64,000 nt of DNA from a bacterium. GTDB lineage: Bacteria > Zhuqueibacterota > Zhuqueibacteria > Oceanimicrobiales > Oceanimicrobiaceae. The notes beneath the pieces were generated by a model that made no database searches, was not told the DNA's origin, and was given only the letters and a program-made list of their open reading frames with translations. Positions 49,849-58,614 of the stretch are shown here, piece after piece. Numbering within the stretch: position 1 is the first letter of the stretch; each line of letters begins with the position of its first letter. A program made the translations under genes and the position numbers. The stretch is taken from contig JBHIAC010000001.1 in the NCBI GenBank assembly GCA_046758365.1, positions 32,001-96,000 of the forward strand. Direction: 5' to 3'.

Positions 49849-51322
49849 GAATAATTTTCTATTAAAATTGATGCCAATTAAAAGAATGAGTGATCCGGGA
49901 GTCATCATACTTGTAGCTGTGTTTACAGTTTCGGCATTTATTCTTTTAACCCCATGGATATATGGCCACGGCGTGGGATATTATGCCTGGCTGCGAAGTT
50001 TGTTTTTTGATGGTAATCTGGATTGTACCAATGAGTTTCAACACTATATAGAAATCTTTCAAAAAGAATATGGCTGGCAAGGGGTAACCGATGATTTAAC
50101 GATTATCAGAACTGAAACAGGTTTACAAAGCAATAAATACCAGCTCGGATCGGCCATTTTATGGCTGCCATTTTTTCTTATTGGGCATCTAATAACCCTC
50201 CTGATTAATACTTTCGGAGGTAATTTAGCTGTAGACGGATATTCTAAATTTTATGTGTTAATGATCTCAATTGGATCAGCACTGTATGGTTTTATAGGAT
50301 TACTTTTAGCTTATTTTTTATCTCGAAAGTTTTTCTCTATTAAGATCTCTTTATTAGCTTCGATAGGTATTTGGTTCGCTTCCTCGACGGTATTTTATAT
50401 TTATTTGCATCCATCTCTGTCCCATGCCAATGAAATTTTTGTTGTTTCATTGTTTATATATTATTGGTATCAACATGCCATAAAAGGGAATAGTTTGAAT
50501 TGGGCAATCTTAGGTTTAATTGGTGGACTGATGCTGGCTGTGCGGATGGAAAATGTTGTTTTTTGTTTATTACCCTTCATTAGTTTAATGAAAAAATTAA
50601 AGGAAAACTTTACGGAGCAAAAAAGGGAAAAATATTCTCAGCTTTTATACAACGGGTTAATTTTTTTAGGTACATTGATTTTGGGATTTCTTCCCCAAAT
50701 GCTGGTTTGGAAAGCAGTTTATGGAAAATATATATTAAATAGCTACGGCGCTCACTTTGTTCTTGTTCATCCGGTACTTAGCAATGAAATAGGTGATGCT
50801 GGTACTGGTGATACGAGTTTCTTCAAATTTCTTACTCACCCTCATTTGTTCAATACCTTCTTCGGTTCAGACAAAGGTCTTTTTTTATGGACACCAATTA
50901 TTATCTTTTCTTTCATTGGTCTTGTTATTCTGTTTAAGAAAGAAAGAATTTTAATAGCTTCCTTATTTATTACCTTTTTTACTTTTGCATATATTGTAAG
51001 CTGTGCTGGAGGAGGGGGGGCTTCTTTTGGTGCCAGATATCTAGTACGTTGTTCTCTAATATTCATTTTGGGTTTAGCTGGATTTATGAGTTTCTTGTCA
51101 AATAAGTTGAAATCTATTTATTTATTTGGTTTTGTGTTGTTATTTATGATTTGGAATAATTTTTTTATTATCCAATATGCCACAGGGATGGTCAACCGCG
51201 CAGGTCCAGTAAATTGGACTAAAATGGTTAGAAATCAATTTACCAAAGTCCCACAATTTTTATTAACAAAAGGTACAGGATTTCTGACTGAAAGAAATAA
51301 ATCCTATAAAAATAATAACTGA
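49847..51322 (+). CDS. GT-C (GT39-like) membrane glycosyltransferase
   Basis: GYYAWLRSLFFDG.LD..NE, G.AILWLPFF, SH, GLFLWTP and FGARY. The ORF-track N-terminus reads through the MITE, so the start is 49847 or later. Confidence 0.7.
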   Translation: MNNFLLKLMPIKRMSDPGVIILVAVFTVSAFILLTPWIYGHGVGYYAWLRSLFFDGNLDCTNEFQHYIEIFQKEYGWQGVTDDLTIIRTETGLQSNKYQLGSAILWLPFFLIGHLITLLINTFGGNLAVDGYSKFYVLMISIGSALYGFIGLLLAYFLSRKFFSIKISLLASIGIWFASSTVFYIYLHPSLSHANEIFVVSLFIYYWYQHAIKGNSLNWAILGLIGGLMLAVRMENVVFCLLPFISLMKKLKENFTEQKREKYSQLLYNGLIFLGTLILGFLPQMLVWKAVYGKYILNSYGAHFVLVHPVLSNEIGDAGTGDTSFFKFLTHPHLFNTFFGSDKGLFLWTPIIIFSFIGLVILFKKERILIASLFITFFTFAYIVSCAGGGGASFGARYLVRCSLIFILGLAGFMSFLSNKLKSIYLFGFVLLFMIWNNFFIIQYATGMVNRAGPVNWTKMVRNQFTKVPQFLLTKGTGFLTERNKSYKNNN

Positions 51323-51345
51323 TAACTACTTAATTAAGGTGTTCA

Positions 51346-52362
51346 ATGTATTTAGAAGAACTAAAAAAATGCTACGAAAATAAGAAAGTTTTGATTACGG
51401 GTGGTTTAGGATTTATAGGCAGCAATTTAGCTATTCGATTGGTTGAACTCAATGCAGAAGTTACTTGTGTGGACAACATGTTACCCCGTCAGGGTGGCAA
51501 TCTTTTTAATGTCCAGGATATTAGGGATAAAGTCAAGATAGACTTTTCTGATATCCGCAACGAACTTTCTATGAGATTTCTGGTGAAAGACAAAGATTTT
51601 GTGTTCCATTTAGCCGGTCAGGTTAATCATATTGAAAGTATCCGCAGCCCTTTAAAAGACCTTGATATTAACTGCACAGGTACATTAGTTCTATTAGAAG
51701 CCTGTCGCAACAATAGCCCGGATGTGAAAGTAATTTTCTCTGGTACCCGCGGACAGTATGGTCCAAGCGCGAAACTACCCGTGGATGAGGAGCATCCGAT
51801 GAATCCTAAAGGTATTTATGCTATTACCAACATGGCTGCTGAAAAAATGATTTTGGTATATCATGAGGTTAACAATATCAAGGGAACCTGTTTACGCCTC
51901 ACCAATACTTATGGGCCGCGGCATCAAATGATGCATGATGAATATGGTGTCGTAAATTGGTTTATTCGGAAAAGTTTAGATAATGAAACGATTAATGTTT
52001 TTGGTGATGGTAGTATTGTTCGAGACTATTTATATATAGACGATGCAGTCGATGCACTTCTTATGGTGGGGGCTTCTGAACAGGCCTATGGTCAAGTGTT
52101 TAACATTGGAGGTGAAATCTCTGTCAGTTTTATTGACTTAGCCAAAAAAATAATAGAGATTGCTGGTACAGGATCTATTAATTTTACCGAATTTACAAAA
52201 GAACGCAAGGAATTGGAACCCGGAGATTATATCGCTGATATTACAAAAGTTAAGTATATGGTTGGATGGGAGCCGAAGGTTAGTTTGGAAGATGGGTTGC
52301 GCCGCACTATCCAATTCTATAGTATTCATAAACATAAGTATTGGGGTGGGAATAATGCTTAG
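51346..52362 (+). CDS. NAD-dependent epimerase/dehydratase (extended SDR, YxxxN variant)
   Basis: TGGLGFIGSNL, FHLAGQ, GTRGQYG, YAITN, RLTNTYGPR and RDYLY. Confidence 0.85.
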   Translation: MYLEELKKCYENKKVLITGGLGFIGSNLAIRLVELNAEVTCVDNMLPRQGGNLFNVQDIRDKVKIDFSDIRNELSMRFLVKDKDFVFHLAGQVNHIESIRSPLKDLDINCTGTLVLLEACRNNSPDVKVIFSGTRGQYGPSAKLPVDEEHPMNPKGIYAITNMAAEKMILVYHEVNNIKGTCLRLTNTYGPRHQMMHDEYGVVNWFIRKSLDNETINVFGDGSIVRDYLYIDDAVDALLMVGASEQAYGQVFNIGGEISVSFIDLAKKIIEIAGTGSINFTEFTKERKELEPGDYIADITKVKYMVGWEPKVSLEDGLRRTIQFYSIHKHKYWGGNNA

Positions 52363-52993
52363 AACGGGCAAAGATTGGTCTAAAAATGCTAAAATCGATG
52401 AGGGAGTCATCATTGGATACCCGCCTGATCGTAACATCGAGAACCTCAATTTGATTATGGGCGAAAATCCCCGACTGAGAAGTGGAACTGTTATTTATCA
52501 AGGATCAAAAATAGGTAAAAATTTTCAGACGGGTCACAATGTCATAATCCGTGAGGAAAATCAAATTGGCGAAAATGTGGTGGTAGCAAGTAATTCTGTG
52601 GTTGACTACGGTTGTACGATCGGCAACAATGTAAAAATTCACTGTAATGTTTATGTGGCTCAATATACTATTATTGAGGATGATGTCTTTATCGCTCCGG
52701 GAGTCGTAATTGCTAATGATCCTCATCCTGGATGTGAATTTTCAAAACCGTGTATGAAAGGGCCTACCATTAAGAAAGGTGCACAAATAGGCGTTAATGT
52801 AACTTTGCTGCCGTACATTGTAATTGGTAAAAAAGTTCTGGTTGGCTCAGGCTCTGTGGTGACTAAAGATGTTCCTGATGAATCAGTCGCGGTTGGTAAT
52901 CCGGCAAAGATTGTCGGTTCAATTTATGATATTGAGTGTTTTACTGGATTAACTGATAAGCCATATAAAAAAATAGGTTCAAATAACTTATGA
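52355..52993 (+). CDS. Hexapeptide-repeat sugar N-acyltransferase (WbpD/FdtC-like)
   Basis: TGHNVIIRE, IEDDVFIAPGV...ND, GSVVTKDVP and GNPA. ATG 52355 is coupled to the upstream stop. Confidence 0.85.
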   Translation: MLRTGKDWSKNAKIDEGVIIGYPPDRNIENLNLIMGENPRLRSGTVIYQGSKIGKNFQTGHNVIIREENQIGENVVVASNSVVDYGCTIGNNVKIHCNVYVAQYTIIEDDVFIAPGVVIANDPHPGCEFSKPCMKGPTIKKGAQIGVNVTLLPYIVIGKKVLVGSGSVVTKDVPDESVAVGNPAKIVGSIYDIECFTGLTDKPYKKIGSNNL

Positions 52994-54096
52994 GAGTTCC
53001 GTTTGTTGATCTGCTTCAACATCATGCGAATATTCGAGAAGAAATCAATGGTGCTATCGCAAGGATTATTGACGAAGGTAATTTTATTTTAGGAAAGAAT
53101 GTACGACTGTTTGAAGAAGAATTTGCAAACTACTGCGGGGTAAAATATGGTGTGGGGGTAGCCTCCGGTACCGATGCATTGCATTTGTCGCTTAGGGCTT
53201 GTGAAGTTGGACCTGGAGATGAGGTAATTACCTCAGCAAATACTTTTTATGCCACCGTATTAGCGATAACTATGACCGGGGCCAAACCGGTTTTGGTCGA
53301 TAACCATCCGAATACTTACACTATGGATATCGAAAAATTAGAAACAGTCATAAGTGAGAAGACGAAAGCTATTATCCCGGTGCATCTCTATGGTCAGATG
53401 ACGACCCATATAGATAGACTATTAGAGATATCTCAACGGCGGGGGATTTGGGTTATTGAAGATGCCTGTCAAGCGCATGGGGCTGAATATAAAGGGCGAA
53501 AAGCAGGAAGTTGGGGAGAGCTAGCCTGCTTTAGTTTCTATCCAGTTAAAAACTTAGGGGCTTTAGGAGATGCCGGCCTCGTTGTTTCAAATAATGAAAC
53601 CATCATTATGCATTTGCGGCAAATGCGGAATTTGGGGGAAAAGCAAAAGTATCAACATGTACTTAAAGGGTTTAATAGCCGTATGGACGAAATCCAAGCG
53701 ATTATTTTACATGTAAAGTTAAAATATCTAAATCGATGGAATAAGCAACGTCAGCGTATTGCAAGAATTTATCGAGATACCTTAAATCCACAAGTTTGTC
53801 AATTACCCGTTGAAGCTGAAGGATGTAAACATGTTTATCACCTATTTGTTGTTCGAGTTAAGCATCGGGAGTCATTACAACAATTTTTGCGACAAGCTGG
53901 AATTAGTACTTTAATTCATTATCCTTATCCTATTCATTTACAACAAGCCTTTTCCGATTTGGGATATAAAAAGGGTGATTTCCCGATAGCAGAAAAATAC
54001 GCTGAAGAAATCCTATCCTTGCCACTTTATCCTGAAATGAAAGAGGCATCCGCTCATTATGTAGCTCAAAAAATTAATGAATTCTATTTAACATAG
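52990..54096 (+). CDS. DegT/DnrJ/EryC1/StrS PLP-dependent sugar aminotransferase
   Basis: VPFVDL, SGTDAL, PVHLYGQ, EDACQAHG, FSFYPVKNLG, NSRMDEIQA and LSLPLYP. Confidence 0.93.
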   Translation: MRVPFVDLLQHHANIREEINGAIARIIDEGNFILGKNVRLFEEEFANYCGVKYGVGVASGTDALHLSLRACEVGPGDEVITSANTFYATVLAITMTGAKPVLVDNHPNTYTMDIEKLETVISEKTKAIIPVHLYGQMTTHIDRLLEISQRRGIWVIEDACQAHGAEYKGRKAGSWGELACFSFYPVKNLGALGDAGLVVSNNETIIMHLRQMRNLGEKQKYQHVLKGFNSRMDEIQAIILHVKLKYLNRWNKQRQRIARIYRDTLNPQVCQLPVEAEGCKHVYHLFVVRVKHRESLQQFLRQAGISTLIHYPYPIHLQQAFSDLGYKKGDFPIAEKYAEEILSLPLYPEMKEASAHYVAQKINEFYLT

Positions 54097-54104
54097 GACA
54101 AGCC

Positions 54105-54869
54105 ATGCAAGTATCATCTCTTTCTATAAGCATACCAGCCTATAATGATGAAGCAACTATTGAAGAGGTCATCAAGGAAGCTGAATCTGTGGCCAGCTCT
54201 ATCACAAATGATTATGAAATTTTTCTAGTAAATGATGGAAGTTTAGATTCAACCGGATCGATTATCGACCGGATGGCAGATAGCAATGAGAACATTCGAG
54301 TTATTCATCATGGAATCAATAAAGGATTTGGTGAAACTCTAAAGAAAATTTTTACTGAACCTAAGAGAGAGTATATCTATTTTGCTCCAGGTGACGGTCA
54401 AGTTAAAGTTAGAGAAATATATAAACTCTTACCATTTATGAATAGATTGGATTTTGTACTCGGATATCGTAAAAACCGTCGAGATCCTTTTATACGGTTA
54501 GCGAATTCCTATATTTACAACTTGTTGATTAGTTTATTTCTCTTTAAAAGAGTCCGGGATGTTAACAGTGTAGTACTTTTTAAGCGAAAGATTATCGAAG
54601 ATATGGTACTTGAAAGTAACAGCGCTTTCATTCATGCTGAATTGTTTATTAAAATAGTAAAAAAAGGCTTACGTTGGGGGGAGGTAGTGATCGACCATTA
54701 TCCTCGAATCGCTGAGAATCCTGGTGGGGGAGGAAATTTCAAGGTCATTTTTCGAACTATATTAGACCTGTTTCATATTTCAAAGAGACTCAAAGATTTC
54801 AACAATAAGGATGGACATGAAATTATTCAAAACTCAGAAAGTAAAATTCTCACTCGGAATCATTATTAG
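54105..54869 (+). CDS. Soluble GT2, Dol-P-Man synthase-like
   Basis: IPAYND, NDGS.D, NKGFG, PGDGQ, GYR..RRD, RDVN and HYPR; no C-terminal TMs. Confidence 0.85.
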   Translation: MQVSSLSISIPAYNDEATIEEVIKEAESVASSITNDYEIFLVNDGSLDSTGSIIDRMADSNENIRVIHHGINKGFGETLKKIFTEPKREYIYFAPGDGQVKVREIYKLLPFMNRLDFVLGYRKNRRDPFIRLANSYIYNLLISLFLFKRVRDVNSVVLFKRKIIEDMVLESNSAFIHAELFIKIVKKGLRWGEVVIDHYPRIAENPGGGGNFKVIFRTILDLFHISKRLKDFNNKDGHEIIQNSESKILTRNHY

Positions 54870-55866
54870 TCTAATCTCCTTATATTGGGCTTTCAAAGAT
54901 GTTAATTTTCAGCAGATCATTGATAGTTTTAAGCTTATTAATTTTCAATATCTACCTATTGTTCTAGGTCTTTTACTATTGAGTCTTTTTTTACGTACTC
55001 TGCGTTGGAAACTATTACTCTCTCCTATTCGAAAAGAAAGTATAAAAAATATTTTCTCTGTTTTGATGATTGGGTATTTGGGCAACAACGTTTTACCAGC
55101 TCGTATGGGGGAAGTTCTGCGTTCTCTGGTTTTAAATAAAAATTATGGCTATAGTAAAAGCGCTTCTCTTGCCACCATTATCTTAGAGCGTCTGTTTGAT
55201 GGCATTACCCTTTTAATCTATTTGGGAATAGCACTTTGGTTTTTCCCTTTTCCAGAATGGGTAAAAAACGGAGGCCGTGTCTTAGGCGCAGCTTTTTTAT
55301 TTGCCATGATTCTTTTGTATGTTATGCTGATCAAAAAGAAAACCGTAATTAAATTTATTTCTCTCATATTCGTCGTTGATTCCTTGTCGATAAAAATCAG
55401 CGCACTTTTTGACAGATTTAATTCTGGTTTAAAGATATTGAAGGAGAAAAGGAAGCTTTTGGGTATCTCCGGTCTTTCTTTATGTATTTGGTTTATCGAG
55501 GCTCTATTTGTTTTTACCATTATTAAATCCTTCGGGCTCAATCTTTCGTTCTTAGCTCCTCTATTTGTTACCATTATGGTGAGTTTGGGCACTATGATTC
55601 CATCGTCACCTGGCTATGTTGGAACTTATCAACTTCTGTGTATTGCTGCATTTGTTCCTTTTGGTGTTGAAAAAGATTTAGCCTTAAGCATATCCATTTT
55701 GATGCACGGAATAATTTTAATTGTCACTACTGGTCTGGGTCTCTACAGTTTTTGGCGGGAGCATGTGAATTTGATGAACTTTAAACAGGAAGTAGAACGC
55801 AGTACAATGAAACATAAAGTATCAAAAATCCCGCAAGAAGAGATTTTTGAGCACCGCAATAACTAA
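54817..55866 (+). CDS. UPF0104 flippase-like membrane protein, 3 of 3
   Basis: LRWKLLL, NNVLPARMGEVLR, ERLFDG and PSSPGYVGTY. Confidence 0.88.
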   Translation: MKLFKTQKVKFSLGIIISLISLYWAFKDVNFQQIIDSFKLINFQYLPIVLGLLLLSLFLRTLRWKLLLSPIRKESIKNIFSVLMIGYLGNNVLPARMGEVLRSLVLNKNYGYSKSASLATIILERLFDGITLLIYLGIALWFFPFPEWVKNGGRVLGAAFLFAMILLYVMLIKKKTVIKFISLIFVVDSLSIKISALFDRFNSGLKILKEKRKLLGISGLSLCIWFIEALFVFTIIKSFGLNLSFLAPLFVTIMVSLGTMIPSSPGYVGTYQLLCIAAFVPFGVEKDLALSISILMHGIILIVTTGLGLYSFWREHVNLMNFKQEVERSTMKHKVSKIPQEEIFEHRNN

Positions 55867-57361
55867 GGACTCAATAACATTACACCAAATGAGTAAAAAT
55901 AAGGAATATCTGCTACTATTTGTCATAATTTTATTAGGTCTTGTGCTTAGATTATACCGACTTGATAATCAAAGCCTTTGGATTGACGAGGTAATGCGCC
56001 TAAATATAGCTACACAAAACAGTATATCAGATATCCTCAGTGTGAATTATAAATGGGACAGTCAACCACCTGTTTATCACTTGTTGAATCATTGGTGGCT
56101 CAAAATAAGCCAGAGGGTTTTTTGGATAAGAACGTTACCCCTTATTTTCGGTGTGATGACTATCCCCCTTATTTATGCTTTAGGCGCATACTATTTTAAT
56201 AAAAAAGTAGGACTATTGGCCGCTTTTATTTTATCCTTATCGCCGTTCCATGTTTGGCATTCTCAAGATGCAAATATGTACACCCTGTTGATTTTCCTTA
56301 CGGTATTATCAATCTATTCTATGTTAAAAATATTAGATGAAAAGCGATTGATTTGGTATATTGTATATATTTGTGCAACCTTATTGGGTTTATATACCCA
56401 TTATTATTTTAGTTCAGTAGTTATCGCTACAAATCTATTTGTATTTTTATTCTTCAAGAAATATTCTTATAGAATCCGCTTTTGGATTATCACACAAATA
56501 GGCATTGGGTTATTAACTTTACCAGATATCTGGTTTTTTTTAAAATTAACTACGCCTTTTTATGACATGGGTGTTCAAGGAAGAGGATTTACCTTTTGGT
56601 CATTTCCATATACATTTTTTACTTTCATAAATGGATATTCAATAGGTCCCGCACCAAACGAATTGCATTCCTCTTTATCGATTAATTTTGTTATGGGAAA
56701 ATATGCCTATATTATTTTGCCTATTTTCTTAGTGATTTCATTTTTGGTTTTGGCTGGTTTTTTGAGGCTGAAATCTTTTGATAAGGTTGCATTTTGGTTT
56801 ATAATTTTAATCACACTTATACCCGTTCTATTTATTATGGCGGGCGTCATGATTGTTTTTCCTAAATATAATGTCCGCTACGCCTTTGGGGGATTTCCTA
56901 CCCTTTGTTTGCTACTAAGCATAGGAGTCCACTACTTTAAAAATAAAGTATATCAAAGTTTAATACTAACAATCTTTATTGCAATGAGTCTTTTTTCGCT
57001 GAGTAATTATTATTACAATACGAAATATCATAAAGAGGAGTCTAGAGCGGCTGCTCAGTATATCCATTCCCATATCAAGAATAATGACGCCATCTTAGTT
57101 TCTTTAATCAAGGAACCGTTTAAATACTACTTTGGCGAAGAGAGAAATGTTTATGGTGTCTATGGGAATGATTTGGATTCATCTGATGGATATGATAAAC
57201 TTGATCAAATTCTTGGTAAACATAATAGGCTTTGGTTGGTCTATGCAAGAGCCTGGATCACAGATCCTAAGGGAGATTTATTAAAACATTTAAATCGGAC
57301 TTATAAAATGAAGCAAGTTAAAAGTTTTCCTGGCGTGAAAGTTTTTCTTTTTTCCTCTTAA
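55847..57361 (+). CDS. GT39/ArnT-like GT-C glycosyltransferase
   Basis: LRLYRL..QSLWIDE, QPPVY, SPFHVWHSQDA.MY, YTHY and RY. Confidence 0.85.
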   Translation: MSTAITKDSITLHQMSKNKEYLLLFVIILLGLVLRLYRLDNQSLWIDEVMRLNIATQNSISDILSVNYKWDSQPPVYHLLNHWWLKISQRVFWIRTLPLIFGVMTIPLIYALGAYYFNKKVGLLAAFILSLSPFHVWHSQDANMYTLLIFLTVLSIYSMLKILDEKRLIWYIVYICATLLGLYTHYYFSSVVIATNLFVFLFFKKYSYRIRFWIITQIGIGLLTLPDIWFFLKLTTPFYDMGVQGRGFTFWSFPYTFFTFINGYSIGPAPNELHSSLSINFVMGKYAYIILPIFLVISFLVLAGFLRLKSFDKVAFWFIILITLIPVLFIMAGVMIVFPKYNVRYAFGGFPTLCLLLSIGVHYFKNKVYQSLILTIFIAMSLFSLSNYYYNTKYHKEESRAAAQYIHSHIKNNDAILVSLIKEPFKYYFGEERNVYGVYGNDLDSSDGYDKLDQILGKHNRLWLVYARAWITDPKGDLLKHLNRTYKMKQVKSFPGVKVFLFSS

Positions 57362-57419
57362 AATATTTTTAGACCTCTTAATAAGGAATTGGTAAAAAAA
57401 TTTCAATATGGTTTAGCAA

Positions 57420-58613
57420 ATGAAAATAGCGATAATGGGTATCAGGGGCATTCCTGCCAACTATGGTGGATTCGAGACTTTCACAGAAGAATTGGCTACC
57501 CGCCTGGTCAAAAAAGGGCATGAAGTAACAGTATATGGTAGATCAAATAATATAAAATATCATGACAAATTTTATAAAGGAGTGAGAATTAGAGTTCTTC
57601 CAACAATTAGCCATAAATATTTTGATACGGTAGCCCACACCTTCTTCTGTGTTTTAGACACCCTTATACGTGATTTTGAGGTTATATTGATTTGTAATAG
57701 TGCAAACAGTTTATTCTCTTTTATTCCACGATTGACCAGAAAAAAAGTTATTGTGAATGTGGATGGATTAGAGTGGAAGCGAGATAAATGGAATATCCTC
57801 GGTAAATCTTTCTATAAAATTTCTGAATTTCTTTCCACCTTTATGCCCAATGCTATTGTCACCGATGCAGAGCATATACGGGATTATTACTTAAAAAAAT
57901 TCAATAAAATTTCTACATTCATTCCTTACGGGGCCCCAACCCATAGAGTTCAGACCTTTGAGGTTTTGAAAAGATTTGGACTAGAAAGTAGAAAATACAT
58001 TCTATATGTTAGTCGTCTTGAACCAGAAAACAATGCGCATCTTGTAATTAAAACATTTGAAAAAGTCAAAACAGATTTAAAACTGGTAATTGTTGGCGAT
58101 GCCCCTTACAATACTAAATATATTCAAGAGTTGAAAGCAACAAATGATCCCAGGGTGATTTTTACTGGTTATGTTTTTGGCAAAGGATACCAAGAATTAC
58201 AAAGTCATGCTTATTTTTATGTTCAGGCTACTGAGGTTGGAGGAACCCATCCCGCACTTGTAGAGGGAATGGGTTTTGGTAATTGTATCCTTGCGAATGA
58301 CGTTCCTGAACATAGAGAAGTGTTAGCGGATTGCGGATTATATTTCAGTTCTGAAACGCCGGGAGATTTCCGAGATAAAATACATTACCTTGTAAATCAT
58401 CCAGAGCTTGTGGCTGATTTTCAAGAAAAAGCAAATCACCGGGCCAAAGAAATGTATTCTTGGGAGCGGGTTGTCCAAAAATACGAAAACCTTTTTTCCG
58501 AGATTTTGAAAAATCCACTTCCCAAAAACCAGAACGATTCTAAGTTAATGGAAAATAAGATGAATAATCCAGTACAACAAACCTTGCAAAGAGATTTGAA
58601 AGTACAAAAATAA
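57420..58613 (+). CDS. Glycosyltransferase family 4 with DUF1972-type N-terminus
   Basis: GIRGIPANYGGFETF, NVDGLEWKR.KW, RLEPENN and VGGTHPALVE. Confidence 0.9.
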   Translation: MKIAIMGIRGIPANYGGFETFTEELATRLVKKGHEVTVYGRSNNIKYHDKFYKGVRIRVLPTISHKYFDTVAHTFFCVLDTLIRDFEVILICNSANSLFSFIPRLTRKKVIVNVDGLEWKRDKWNILGKSFYKISEFLSTFMPNAIVTDAEHIRDYYLKKFNKISTFIPYGAPTHRVQTFEVLKRFGLESRKYILYVSRLEPENNAHLVIKTFEKVKTDLKLVIVGDAPYNTKYIQELKATNDPRVIFTGYVFGKGYQELQSHAYFYVQATEVGGTHPALVEGMGFGNCILANDVPEHREVLADCGLYFSSETPGDFRDKIHYLVNHPELVADFQEKANHRAKEMYSWERVVQKYENLFSEILKNPLPKNQNDSKLMENKMNNPVQQTLQRDLKVQK

Positions 58614-58614
58614 T

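Noticed and set aside
52160..52354. Long N-terminal extension of the acyltransferase
   Set aside because: It overlaps the upstream SDR by about 200 nt. ATG 52355 is translationally coupled and starts the recognisable domain.
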